From the human T2T-CHM13v2.0 reference genome, Homo sapiens, in assembly GCF_009914755.1 (NCBI RefSeq), contig NC_060937.1: a stretch of 64,000 nt of DNA. One strand, 5' to 3'. Both the position numbers and the translations under genes were made by a program. This document shows positions 1 through 14,160 of this stretch, piece after piece. The notes below the pieces were generated by a model. The model was not told the DNA's origin. It did no database searches and was given only the letters and a program-made list of their open reading frames with translations. How positions within the stretch are numbered: position 1 is the first letter of the stretch; every line of letters begins with the position of its first letter.

Positions 1-365
1 AAATTAATACGGTATCAAATACAATTTCATGATTTTGATTATTAAGCCCTGATTATGTAAGAAAATGACTTTGTGTTTTGGAAAAACACATGGAAGTATG
101 TAAGGCACAGTGTCATTATATCTACAAATTATTCCCAAATCATACGAAAAGAATAATGATAACATTTGTATGCACATGTAGATCAAAACAGATATAGATA
201 CAGAAAAAAGAGGAAGAGAGAGAGAATGAAAGAAAATAAGAGATGAAGAAAGCCCAGTAAAGTGTTAACATTTGGGGAATTTTGCTGAAGTTTCAGGGCA
301 ATTTTTGTACTATTTTTAGAACTTTGAAAGTCTGAAATTATTTCAAAATAAATATTTGAAAAATA
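1..365 (+). mobile_element. Ancient L1 (L1MC/L1ME-type) 3' UTR fragment
   Basis: Degenerate match to the L1M 3' end (GATTATGTAAGAAAATG...; ...TTTGTACTATTTTTAGAACTTTGAAAGTCTGAAATTATTTCAAAATAA). Confidence 0.6.
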
Positions 366-409
366 AAATATATTATCTTAAGGAAACAACAAAAATGTGT
401 ATATATAAA

Positions 410-730
410 TATATCCAGAATCCATATTTTTTCTTAGTCTATTCACTGCTAACCGTCTTGACTAAGCAATCATCACTCTCACAATTATAGCAATGGTTTT
501 CTTACTTGTTTCTTCAGACCTGTTTATCCTTCCCCGACAATTGCTACAGTTTATTATCAACATAGCTACCATAATGATCTTTCAAAAGTATAATTGACAG
601 CATGTCAACCCTCTGCAATAAACTGCAATGGTTCCCCCATTTCATTCGGGTGAAATTCAAAGGGTTACAATGACTTAAACCATCTTGCATAATCTCATTC
701 CTCATTCTCTCTCTGATTCCATCTTCTTCT
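410..730 (+). mobile_element. L2 LINE 3' region fragment
   Basis: Resembles L2 consensus: ATATCCAGAATCC...CACTGCTA...CATGTCAACCCTCTGC...AATGGTTCCCCCATTTCA. Confidence 0.65.
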
Positions 731-1519
731 GTTTTGTGTTTCTCTGAATCTATAGGAAGCTCAGTGGTATTGCACATAGAAGTGGGCTGCTGGGATGGCA
801 ATAGCTATGTATCTTCTAAAACTATCTTACATATCCTAGTGCGAGTAGTATCACGCTGTAAGAAAAACTACATAAAATTGTTACGCAGGTGGATATCCAC
901 GTTTGGTATGGCCAAATAAACTAATATATATTCCTTGAGTACCCTGTATTTCCCAAATCATGTTATTTATTACACTTTTGTGTATTTTTAAAATTTATGT
1001 GTCTACTCTTAATTTGTAAGGTCTTCGATACCAGGGGTCTAGGAAAGTATTGTACATTACAAGGATCAAAATGTTAGTTTACTTAATATCCCACTGTTTT
1101 ACACTCATATTCTTTCTTCTAAACTTCTTTAGACTAATGAATACTTTTTAAGGGCTCTTCTTGAATTTAGATTTTTTTTAGACATCTAAGACTACCTTCA
1201 TAAGCCCCTATTTACAAGACTCTGAGCACAAATAATAACATCCTCTCCTCTACTTGAAACACTGCAATAGATACCACAACCAATCTAGGTTTCACTTATT
1301 CAGTCCTAAGTGATTTAGAAATAAATATTACATCTACTTGTTTAGGTTCCATACACAAATATCCAACTATTTCTATGTATTTCACATTGAATAAAACACC
1401 AACAAAAACAAAAAGTGAGTATCATGGGATGTGGCTGATGAGAATAAGAATTTTAAGTGTTATTAAGAACGGTAGATATTATATAAAAAAGATAAATTAT
1501 TTAACGGGGTTTCATGCTG

Positions 1520-2010
1520 TAACTGCAATGTGGGAAAGTATTGTTGGAAATCAAAATTTGAGGCAAATGTGCTATATGGGAAGTTAAAATGCAGTAGTTT
1601 ACACAAGAATTTATTGTAACCTGAACCAGGTTTTTGGGATTTAAAAAATGAATAAATAAATGTGAGAGATACTTAGTATATAGTATTGAGACATTGCCAT
1701 AATTAGTCATAGGGATGAGAGAGAAGTTAAAGATGGATTTCAGTTCTCTAACTTTGTGCACGTTTGCATTCAATGAAGAGTGAAGATGGAGCGAATAGCA
1801 AAGTTTTTGTCATGAGTGATGATATCTGCTTTTATTATTTTCTTTAATATTAGGCCAGTGAAAACAATATCTAAAAGACAATTTTAACAATATATCTGTG
1901 GCTCAAATATATGATCTGTGACTAATATATTAGATTATGGAATTCTAACACACATATGGGATCTTAAGCAGTGAGAATGAATGAGATGTTTGGGGAAAAG
2001 TGTAAATTGA
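1520..2010 (-). mobile_element. L2 LINE fragment (degenerate)
   Basis: Purine-rich antisense L2-like tract ending ...GCAGTGAGAATGAATGAGATGTTTGGGGAAAAGTGTA; probably continues at about 3030-3600. Confidence 0.5.
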
Positions 2011-2820
2011 AGTTCACAAAGCCAGATGACTACCCTGGTTGTTCAGATAATGAAAACAAGCTTCCCAGATGTAAAAGTAATAGGGACGGTTTGAAAGCAA
2101 AGACCACATGCCTCATTTAATGAAGCCAGCTGGTCTTTAACACTAGGGAGTTACCAGAGCATCAAATTTTGAAGGGAAGCCAGGAGTCTATATTTTTTAC
2201 ATAAACTGTTGTACGTTGTAGTCATTCTTTCAACAGCAATATAAATGGTCTCTGAATGTCTTACATGAACAGAAAAGTTTTTGTAATTGTATATATCTTC
2301 ACATAACTTATGAGAGACTAAAAAGTGTTTCATCTTAGAAAGTAGACAGGAATCAAGGGGTCTAAGGAGGTTTGGCCAAATTGTGTGTCAGGACAAACTT
2401 CATACACAATTTGCTTAAAACATCTTCAACATACTGTTGACTACAGCTTAGATCCATTTCTACTCACCCAAATCTGTATTCAAAGTTCCAAAAAGGGAGA
2501 GAGACTGATTAGGGCCAATATCCTCTGTCTCATATGCTGTGAGCAAGAATAAAGTGGATTCACCTACTTATGATTGTCCCCGTTACTTTGCTGCAATTTA
2601 CATGTCTCCTTTCTGGGTGGTGCCAAAAGCACTGCATCCTCTTACCACTACATAGTAGGGAAAGTCCCTCCAAGAAGAGTGGAGAATCTGCCCTGGACAG
2701 CTAAATATCTTTTCTACAAGAAAAATTCAAGCTTTATTTTAAAAAATGTGTGTCAAACACATATTTCTGGCCCAGTTATGATTCACAGGCCACATTTTGT
2801 AGCATTTTATATTAGAGGGA

Positions 2821-2895
2821 AAGAGAGATACAGAGAGAGAGAGAGAGAGAGAGAGTCAGAGAGAGAAAGAGGGGGAGAGTGAGCGACTGTGTGTG
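2821..2895. repeat. (GA)n microsatellite
   Basis: Direct reading: AGAGAGATACAGAGAGAGAGAGAGAGAGAGAGAGTCAGAGAGAG... Confidence 0.95.
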
Positions 2896-4524
2896 CGCCT
2901 TGGACTGATAAAAACCAAGATTGAAGAAATATGTCTAATAAAAAGCCTTCACATCAGACTACTATTCCTTGCAAAATTTAAAGAAAAATATCTGGTATTA
3001 GGAAGCCTAACGTGTTACTCAGTTGGAAGAGGTAGACCACAATATGCTGAAATGAATGATTACCTTAGATCAAAATGTGTGTTTTGGATTTAGTAACGTG
3101 GCGATTATTATCATAGTTCCAGGTGTACAAATCAAAATGAAGGAAGGTAAAAAAAATTAAAAATATGAAAATATGTGGAGGACAAATATAGACAACTTTC
3201 GGAAATATTTGTCTGTAAAGTGAAATAAAAAGATAAAGTAAATGCAGAATAGGCTACCGACCTCATTCTCAAATGTGAGAGATTTGGACAAGTTTAAATG
3301 ATAAGATGGCACATTTAGAAAGGGATAGATTAACAATATAGAAGTAAGGAAAAAATTATTAAACTGTAAGGCAAGCAAAGGAATGGCCCAATGGTGTAGG
3401 TAAAGAGATTAGACCTAGGTAGGAGGGTCAATGACAGTTTTGGTCAACTGGTGACGGAAAGCCAATAGTGTTTCTTCCAACAAAGTGACAATCTGAAATA
3501 AAAGCGAATGTCGCCTCCTGAGAGTTAGGAGATGGAGACTAAATCCAAGTTTTGAGGAGATTAAATAATATTTAAAATAGTTGTGAGAAAGAAAGGATTT
3601 CTCTTTTTTAACATTTAATAATATGCATTGTCTCGGCTGTCAATAAAAATTGGGAATCTTGTTCATGATTATAAGTTTTCTCATCACTCTCTTCCAATTT
3701 GTGTCCTTGGTTTCTAAATTCTGTCAATACCACCAAACAAATATCTCTCAAATCCACATCTTTGCATATTTCATACCATAATATTATTTCACAGCATTCT
3801 CTCATGTGGGCTTTTACAATATCTTGCCAACTGAAATCATCTACCATTTCTTTAACCCTTGCAATAACTTTTCATAATGTTTTCAGTTATCTGTTAACAA
3901 AACTTATCTAATTGGTCCATATGATAAAGTAGAAAAGTATTAGCATGAGAAAGCCTATGACTGGTACCTAACTAGATTTCTATTCTAATCTTCCCCATAC
4001 TCAAATAGCGTGCACAAACTGAAGCTCTCAAGATTTCCTTAATTGAAATCAAGATGCCCACTTAATTGTTAGTTCATTTGTTGTTTATATTTTACAATGT
4101 ACTTATTTTCTGTCTTTATTAGTGAATTTCCATTCTTTAAGGTCTTGGTAAAATATCTTCTCTTTGGTCAAACATACTCCTTTCTTCCTTTATTTCTTAT
4201 GTTTCCAAGAATTTTCCCTTATGTTTCCAAAATAATTTGTACATATATATTATATTGTGCTTATCCTACTAAATGTTGCTTAAAATGTTTAAGTGTCTAT
4301 CATTTTTATTCCAATGCCTGTTACTTGACCACAGTCATTAACTTCTGAGTAGATATGTTATTTTCCAGTAAATATTGTAATATACATAAAAAACATAACA
4401 GTAAATATTGTTATATATATATAAAAAACATAACACCGTATATATGTGTGTGTTTGTGTGTGTGTATAAAATGAAATGTAAGATTTCATTATTCTGATTT
4501 TGATTTTTTTAATTCATTAATTAA

Positions 4525-4815
4525 TTTATTTTTTTGAGACGGAGTCTCATTCTGTTGCCCAGTCTGAAGTGCAGTGGTGCGATCTTGGCTCACCGCAACC
4601 TCCACCTCCTGGATTCAAGTGATTCTCCTGCCTCAACCTCCCGAGTAGCTGGGATTACAGGCGTACACCACCATGCCTCACTAATTTTTGTATTTTTAGT
4701 AGAAATGGGGTTTCACCATGTTGGTCAGGCTTGTCTCGAACTCCTGACCTCGTGATCTGCCTGCCTCAGCCTCCCAAAGTGCTGGAATTACAGTTGTGAG
4801 CCACTGCACCCGACC
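4525..4815 (-). mobile_element. Full-length AluS
   Basis: T-rich tail, GAGACGGAGTCTC..., central TAATTTTTGTATTTTTAGTAGA linker, ends GAGCCACTGCACCCGACC. Confidence 0.95.
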
Positions 4816-5180
<365 letters not shown>

Positions 5181-6867
5181 GATTTTTAAAATATTATTAG
5201 AAAACAGCATAAGTTTAGCTTTATCCTATCTGTGGCCTATAGGGCAAAGAAAGATTCTTTCACGTTAGTATTGGTTTTCTTTTCTGGAAAATTGATGTCA
5301 GGGTAGAATACCCTAATCCATTACAGGTCAGCATATAGGTTGTGAATGCACAGTTTTTCTACAAATGTTTTTACCCAAAATATTTAGATATTTGAGCAGC
5401 CCTGGGGTATATTTATTCAGGTAGAATGATTATTCCTAAAATCTCATTCAAAAGTGTATTTACAGACCCTGAGAAACATGTAGAAAAGTGTCAATGTCAG
5501 CAGTGGGATTAGCTGCTAGGTACAGTTTGGAAATTCTTTAAATGGGGCAAAAGCTCTTGAGTAGAGAAAAATAATGTTTTCCCGTTTGCTTTCTTAGAGT
5601 TAGTTCTCATGGAGAAAATATTAGTCTAGACATGGTTAGATAAATTTTAAAATCATTCTGGATAAATAATAAATTGATTATTTTATACAGCTAAGTGGAA
5701 GCTAAAAATCAATCTGTAATATTTAGTGTTACCAAATGTTTCAGAATTTTAAAAATAGTAATTTATAGATTAATATTTATTATAAATAATAAAAATTATG
5801 CTTATTCATTCAAACCATTCGATACTACGTTTCTGTTATTTAAGATCAACTTATAATCTTAATGATATCAGAAAAAGGAAATAATAAAAATTATATTAAT
5901 ATCAAATACAGTATTTACTCACACTTACATTGCTTCAATAAAGGTTTTGCTTTGACATATAGTAGCTAATTGATAAGTCCATAGAAGTGTGTAATAGTGA
6001 GTTAGACAAATGAGTCACAGGGTACAGCTTCATCTTCACTCCGTGCCTGTTTTTAGACACTTTCCCCTGTGAAACAGTCTAGTCCAAATGTAACAACTTC
6101 TTCAATTTTCTCAAGTATTAAAGAATCCTCTGGTCATTTTCAGTTAGAAGACTATTTGCCATCTAATAAATAGGTCTAGTCCAATACAATAACTAAACTC
6201 CAAGCTTTATTCCAAGTTAAATCTTTGCGCCTTGTCCAGCATGAGCACAGTGCTAGTCAAACCTTTTGGAAGGAAAGGGATCTGGACCAGTTTCTTCTCT
6301 GTCAACCTATTTAATATCCTATTCCTCCTTCCTTATTCACTAGGCTGCTTCTGGTGATCTCGGAGTTGAAAGAAGAGAGCAAAGCTGAAGAGGTCAGATG
6401 CAAAATGGTCCTCCTTTCCTGGCATCAATGTAGTTAGGCTTTGTTACCTCTGGTCTTGAAGTCACTAGGCTAACGCACCCTTGGTTTGGCAGATAATAAA
6501 ATCAAGCTCCTTTTTTTGGTCATGGGGTTATGCGGAGGAGCTTATTTGTGAGTTCCTCAGAGATACCCACTGGGGATATTTGACTAGACTTTCTTTGACA
6601 TGCCCATTATATTTTCTTCCTGGTGATCACTTACAAATCTCCTTTCAGCCCTGAAAAATTTGGCATTCTAGCCACCTTCTTATGTATTTGTTTAGGGGTT
6701 GACGGGTATTCCCTCTCTAAGCAATATTATGGGAATCATTTAAGATGCCTATAGGTTCCCATTCTCTGATAAGTGACATGTATTTGGCAAGCAAAGCAAA
6801 TAAACAAACCAGGAAGAATAGAAAAGAGAAAAAAATAAGAAAATGTATGCATTTTTTTCTCCATAGT

Positions 6868-7777
6868 CAGTGAAAATATAAGCTGGAAAGGGTTGACTCT
6901 AATGCAAAATTTAAATATAGAAACCCTTGCTTTGAAAAAAATAAAAAGATTCTGTTAGAGGTAACAACTTAATTTTTTAAAAAAGAATCTCCTCTTCCAC
7001 AGTCTCTCTACCTGTCATTTTTTTAAAAAATTGCTGTTTAACATTGAGCTCCCTCACACATGGGGATACTTATGGAATGCATGCAGATCCTCACAGGTAC
7101 CTGGGGGCCTGCAACACAACTCAAGGAAAAGCCCACTGCCTGCTGGCTTTCCTCTCTTCAAGCTTTTAGTCAGATACACAGTGTGCTGGGTTGGGATGGA
7201 CCCACCACACTACCCAAGGCTGACAAGCAAACCACCAAGGAATTGCAATCTCTGTACCAAGCTGTAATAAAACCTTGGATCAGGGGTAGATAACAACTTG
7301 CCCCTTCAAGTCAATGTCTGAATGCACTTTGGCACTGACAGCCCAGAGCAGGGATAACTGCAGCATGCCTCATCCCAAGATGTCACAGTATGTGTCCACC
7401 AAACCCTGCAAATTTCCATGAATGTGTTCAAGTTACCTATTAAGGCAGACAGCAGTGGAAGACCACAGGGCTTCCCGTGTCAATACAAGCTGGAGTTCAT
7501 TCTGAGCAGTCAGTGACAGTGGAAGCTGGGCAGAGGTGAAAAGTGGTAGGTAAAAAGCTAGCTACCAAGAACCCATCTCAAGCAGGCATTGGAAGGCAGG
7601 GCCACATGTGAAGCTCCAGAACCGCTTTCCTAGGGACTTACCTTTAAAAACATAAATGTCACTATTAAGAGTTTCAATATGTCAGTCTCACAGCATTAAG
7701 CCCCTGGTAGTTCAGGTATCTCTTGAATGTGGAGCCCTGTCAGACTGCGCTGGTTGTCACCCATGAAGAGGCCCCTG
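6868..7777 (-). mobile_element. MER45-family hAT (Tip100-type) non-autonomous DNA transposon
   Basis: Right end GGAGCCCTGTCAGACTGCGCTGGTTGTCACCCATGAAGAGGCCCCTG matches the reverse complement of the MER45 5' end; left end has TGCAAAATTTAAAT...CCCTTG like the other MER45 terminus; CAG...CTG termini. Confidence 0.6.
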
Positions 7778-8699
7778 ACTATGGGTATCTCTCTCTCACG
7801 CATGCTCTCAGTCTCTTTCTCTTACTCTCTTCTCACTCGCTTTCACTCTCTTGCTCTTTCTCATTCATTTTTCTAAATTTCTTCTGACGCCTGAAGATGA
7901 GTTTCTTGTCTTTAGATTGCCTAAGCAGGTATAAGTTCCTAATCCAGTACATCCCCTGCCAACACTATAGGGTTTAACACTTTACCTCAATAAGGGATTT
8001 GCTTAAGCCGCTCTTAAAACACCTATGGGAAGGAAAGAAGCAGGATTAGTACTCACCATCCTTCCCTCATGAGAATGGACTGAGATGGTGGATAGACAAT
8101 AGACTCAGTGAACAAAGTGAGTACGATGCAACATTGAGTCCAGTGAGGGCAACACACTGAAAAATCTCCCCAAATAAATTCCTCCCTTTAATTTCCAAAT
8201 TGCTCTTCCAATTGTAGATCATTGATGTGTAGTCAAATGAGTGATCATACTATTAAAAAGCACCTCCTTTCTAAGACTACAATGGTCATCGCCTATGAAG
8301 TGGCCTGTGACTGCAGGACACCTCTCTGTCTGTCTCTGAAGTCACTTCATACAAAATGGATATACTTTTACAGGTGGACACATATATAAGCAATCATAAA
8401 GTAAATATAGATATGTGTGTGCTGCATGTTTTATAACCATAAGCTAAATTCTGCAATTTAAATAATAATCTCCTCTGGAAAAACCACTGAAGTTTGCAGG
8501 CACATTCTTGAAAATTCAAATAGTTTTTGTGAGGCTATACTCAGAAAAGCTAACAAGCTTACCGATTTTCCTAATTAACCTTAAATTATCAAATCAAACA
8601 TCAATGGCTGAAATAACTTAGAGAAATTCGTTAGTGTGTATATTTTGTTCTATTTTATTTCTAATGGCAGAAGTTATTAGACATTTGTTTAGTCTGTGT

Positions 8700-8879
8700 T
8701 TTTGGTTTTTGGTTTGGGTTTTTATTTTATAGATGGGTTCTCATTCTGTCGCCCAGGCTGGAGTACAGTAGTGTGATCATAGCTTACTGTAGCCTGGAAC
8801 TCCTGGTCTCAAGTGATCCTCCTGCCTCAGCCTCTCAAGTAGTTGGAATTACAGGGTCGAGTCAAAGGCACACCCAGCG
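8700..8879 (-). mobile_element. FRAM / AluJ right monomer
   Basis: Single monomer with GATCATAGCTTACTGTAGCCTGGAACTCCTGGTCTCAAGTGATCCTCC; flanked by direct repeat TTTAGTCTGT (TSD). Confidence 0.85.
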
Positions 8880-11021
8880 CATTTAGTCTGTTTTAAAATG
8901 AGTTGCTGTTTCAACTTATCTTGATAGGAGGGCTTCAATAATTCATTATTTCCATACACCTTATACATCTGTTTTTCTGGCTTAAATTTTCCTCACCTAG
9001 TTCCCTATTTCTCACTTTCTAATAAAATTCATCTACTTTCAATAATTCAGTTTAAATCTCTTATTTTTTTTCCAAAATCTCTATTATCCTCTCATTGTGT
9101 TCATTGTGTAGTATTTCCTTCCATAAGAATTCCTAAAAATACCAATATCTAAAACTATCATTTAGTACACAATAATTGTGTTGTGGACCCACTTGAATCA
9201 CTGTCTTAATTTTATTTTATTCTTAAGAAATGTGAGGCTGTAAAATATTTTTCTCATTATAGGTCACAATCTCTTTGATGGTAAGTGCTATAAGTGATTA
9301 TTCTGGGGAAGTAGGAGGGAAATGGAGTTACGGAATGTAAATAAACAAAAATAAACAGATAGATGAATTGATAGATGATTAAATAAACAAATAATTTCAG
9401 GAGTTTCACATGGTACCTGCTGACAATATGGCATAAACTAAGGATAAGGATTTATTCAAATTTTCATACTTGGTACCAGAATGCAAAATGAATTATACAA
9501 AAAAGTAAAAAAAAAAAACAAAACTAAATCAATAATTTGTTTAATTTTCAAAATAAAATCAAGAGGAAGAACAGAAGGATTTAATTACTTTTCTCTTTTT
9601 CACAAGACCCTTAAAGCTTAAAACTTCAGGCAATGCATGTGATTTTGTGTTCTATTAGTTTAAGAAATGTGTCTTTAGTTATCACTCTTTCTGGCTAGAG
9701 GAAGAAACACTAGCTGCACATTCTTAAACCTGGCAAGATTAGAATTGAGAGAGCATTAAGAAACACAATAATGAACCAGGCACTATGTATGGGACAAGAA
9801 CTGTGAGGAGGGTCTCTAATACATAGAAAAACAAGGCATAACCTTGCCAAAGAAGGCATCAAGGCGAATATAGATAAAATAAACAAAGATTATTAAAAAT
9901 AGTAAGTGGAAATCACAAGTGGAAGGAAATGGAAAAATAATAAGTGGAAAATAATAAGTGACAAACATAAAGGATAGGGCATTTGTGAAGAATTGCTTTT
10001 TTTGTCTCCTGGTGTCTGCAAAATATTTGTTTGAAGATTGGATGAATAAACTCAAGATTTTGTAGAACTTCTATAGCTGAGAAGATGCCATTTCTTCTTA
10101 CTACTTTAGGTCTACTGCTTAACATACATTAGGTGCTTAATAAATATGTGTTAAATAGGTCAATTTTTTTCCAGATAATTGAATATTGAATAAGTTAGTC
10201 AATTAAATACTTTTTTAGGTTTTTAATTAGAGACAACTTAATGAAATATGTAATTTTTATTATGTATAATAGAATGTGAAAATAAAAAATAAAGATCTAC
10301 ACTATACTTATTTACTATATTTACTTACTCAAAAGATCCTACAGATAAAAAAACATGCATCTTTAAAGCTCACATTAGGAGGGCTTGACATGTTTAAACA
10401 ACTATTGCTGGCTACTTCTTATTTAAATGGTTTTTCCCTGTTGGAAGATTTTTAAAGATTTTATACAAATTGGAAGCTTTTCTTTCTCTGTTTCATAAAA
10501 CAGACTCAAGTATAAAAACACAAAGACTAGAGAGTATTCTAAACAGTGAGATTTGGAATTCATATAGCCCTGGAGATGCAACATAGATAGAAGTAATTTT
10601 CTGCAAAAATTGGCAACCATAGCAACTGTACAGGACATATTAAAGAGGAATACAAATCCTTGTAAATCAATGTTGTTTAAATTAAGCAGTATCTAGAAGG
10701 AATAGTGCTAGCTGGAGCTACAAAAATATAATTAGTAAATCTCTCCCCTTAATGTGTGAATTTAAGAAAACAACATGACAATAATTTGATTAAAATGTAT
10801 TGATAGAAAAAAGAATTATATTGATACATATTGATAAAACTTGAATAAAAGTGTGTAGAATTGTATGAGAAAATGCATAGAACATAGACATATACAAATA
10901 ATTGAAAGTGATAAAAGAAGAGATGTTCAAATAAGATTTGGGTCAGTTATATAGAAAGAAAAAAGTAATTCAAAATTATGAAACATATCATAAGCTATTC
11001 AGAAATTTAGATTCATAATAT

Positions 11022-11894
11022 TAATATGGAAGGGAAGTGTTGGGAAGGGAAGAGTGTGGTCCCTTTAAAAGATACGGAAGTGGGGAAGGGAAGCCCTGGG
11101 TAGAGAAGTGTATGGTCCCTTGCTATGGCTCCACCTTCACAGACCTAGGTGAGGACAGGCATTTCCTACCCAAATGTTACATTTCCCAAGACCACCCTGG
11201 CCTGCCAAGCCTCCATCCTGTGCCCATAAAAACCCTGAGACCCTAACAGGCAGGCATACAGGTGGCTGAACATTGAGAAGAGCACATAAGCGGAGGAACA
11301 CACAGGCAGCTGAACCTCTTGACAGGTACCTGAACCTCTTGACAGGCACGTGAACTTCTTGACAGGCACTGGCATGCCGGCAGGCCACCGACGAGCAGGC
11401 CACTGACCGGCAGAAGCAGAACGAAACAGAGTTTAGCTGGGCAGTCAGATGAGAGCCCAAGCCGCTGAGTAGCCCAACTGCAGGGAAAATCCTTCCCACT
11501 CCATTCCCTTCTGACTTCCCTTGAGCTACCTCCATTCAATAAGACCTTGCAATCATTCTCCAAGCCCAGGTGTGATCTGATTCTCCCGGCACACCAAGGC
11601 AAGAACCCGGGATACGGAAAGCCCTCTGTCCTTGCTACAAGGTAGAGGGTCTAATTGAGCTGGTTAGCACAAGCCGCCTATAGACGGCAAAACTAAAAGG
11701 CATCCTGTAAGACACGCCCACTGGGGCTTCGGGAGCTGTAAATATTCACTCTTAGACACTGCTGTGGGGTGGGAGCCACACAGCCTGCCCGTTTGTGTGC
11801 TCCCCTAGAGGTTTGAGCAGTGGGGCACTTAAGAAGCGACCCACATCCCCATCGCAAGCTCTGTGAGGGGCACAAGGGAACCTTTCCCGTTTCA
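11022..11894 (+). mobile_element. ERV1 solo LTR, LTR1 family
   Basis: Starts TAATATGGAAGGGAAG (decayed TGATACGG), has GACCTAGGTGAGGACAGGCATTTCC and CATAAAAACCC TATA-like box, ends GGAACCTTTCCCGTTTCA; 4-bp TSD ATAT/ATAC. Confidence 0.8.
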
Positions 11895-12420
11895 ATACTA
11901 TCAAGGTTCTAAAAGGAAAAGGATGGCAAACTCTTAGTAGTCTAATGTGAATGGAGTTTAATTACAAAGCTAATTACTTACAAACATATAGTTTTAGGGG
12001 AACCACAAAGACACTGTAGTAACAGAGCTGGTAACAATAAGGTATTATCATCTCCCGATCCAAAGGAAAAGGAAGGGGAACATATTTAAGAAATCAGATA
12101 TTACAACATATCAGAAACATGCAGAAGACAGAAGAACAGAACATTAAATAGGGTCAGGGGTCTTGAGATAAATGTAATTTTTGCCAGGTGTAGAAGTCAG
12201 AAGCTTAAAGCAACTTAATAGGAAGGTAGACGAGAAAATAAATACTCTAACTTCATCTTCTGCCTCCCTACAATCTCCTAATGAGGCTTTCCATAGTCTG
12301 ACCCCAGCTGAAACCAGAGACACAGAGCACTATTGATGAAATACTACAGATCAATTTCCTGAGCCGGAACCCAAGGAAAAGGCAGACAATGAGGGAAAAT
12401 AGAGGGACATACAACAGATA
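11895..12420 (-). mobile_element. Old ERVL-type LTR (LTR33-like), degenerate
   Basis: GGAAAAGGATGGCAAACTC...GGAGTTTAATT... parallels the better preserved copy at 42466-42973. Confidence 0.45.
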
Positions 12421-13853
12421 GAACAAGCAGCCACGCTTAGGTTGTTCAGTGAATCTTCACCATGGTCATTTCATGATACTTTTTCCTAAGTATTCCTTTT
12501 ATTTCTGTCATTTTTCTTTATTTTCTTGATAAACTCCAATGGTAAAGTATTCTCTCAGGTCCAAATAACATTGCCATTGATTATTCTTGTGCTCCTATTT
12601 CCATAGACCAGTAAACCATACCCTATTCAAAAGTGTTGTTTTGTATCACCTTTTATGCTTTGGAAGTACATGGTGTTGGATTCCTCAAAAGTTTTGAATC
12701 TGAGACAGGATTTGAGATAACGTGATTTGTGAAGGCAATGCTCCCACAGAAGAAACAGGGAAGACGGTGAGAGAATTAAGGCAGAAAAGGGGAACTCTTC
12801 CCGAATAGAGATGTTTATGAAATCAGTAATTTAGTTTCTTAACTGAATAAACAATGCATAGGGGAAGAAATTTGAACATTGGAGACACAAATACATTAGT
12901 AATGACTTTAATTATTACAACATATTCAAAAACCACTAAGATATGTCTGATGCAGAAAGAGCTACATTGTTTAACTTTTGAAATGTAAGAAAAAAAGAGA
13001 AGAAGGACTTTTTAGGTCATCTTTCATTATAAAAATATCCCTGTGTTTTCTTACTCTTTTTAGAGTGTGACTTCGTTACTTACTCAGCACTCTCACCAGA
13101 CACAAACACACCCTTCCTTCAAAAATTTCTCTAAATTTTCCATTTATTTTGCCATTGTAAATTGGGAGAACAGATATCAAATTGCATTTGAGTTCAATTT
13201 CAACTAAAAATTACACTTTGTATTAGGCAATTCGAGAGTGGGAGGGCTACACTTAAGAGCACGGGTTCTCTTGTTCCATCAGAATACATAAATGTTCTGA
13301 AAGAAGTGTCTGCCAACTTTCCCATTGAATGATCAAGTGCAAAACAATCCAGCAAGATAATTTTATGATGATTAGTTTTGGAAGATTAATAACTTTCTCT
13401 TTTACCTCTGCTCTTTCTAAGATGTTAGAATTGACGTTCTCATTTACAGACACATTAAAAATATTTTACAATGTATTAAATAATCTGCTCAATTTAAACA
13501 TTTTGGAAAACAAGAATATCATAAAGAAAAATATGTAAATTAGCTGAAATTGTATCTCTTTGATAGATCCATGTTAAAATTCCCTTGAACTATTTTTTTT
13601 TTAGTTTGAGGTATAAAGATATCTCACATATCCACACATATACATAGGTGCATATATATGATTATACACATATTTTGGCCATGCTATATAAGGAGACTTT
13701 TAAATTATACCTTATTAATTTAAAACTAAGTTGCAACAATTTTTATTTCAACTCTAATTATGCTTTGCTTTAAAAAAAAAGGCAACAGTCCAAATGTGGG
13801 GTCCAAAATTTCTATTATTAATTCAGGATAGATTCCTAGAATCACTTGGTTAA

Positions 13854-14160
<307 letters not shown>

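Noticed and set aside
4534-4755. Alu-derived ORFs (also 14023, 24728, 41353, 57927, 58133, 61840)
   Set aside because: Typical translations of Alu sequence, not genes.
11311-11370. 20-bp repeats as a CRISPR array
   Set aside because: Head-to-tail with no spacers; a minisatellite within an LTR.
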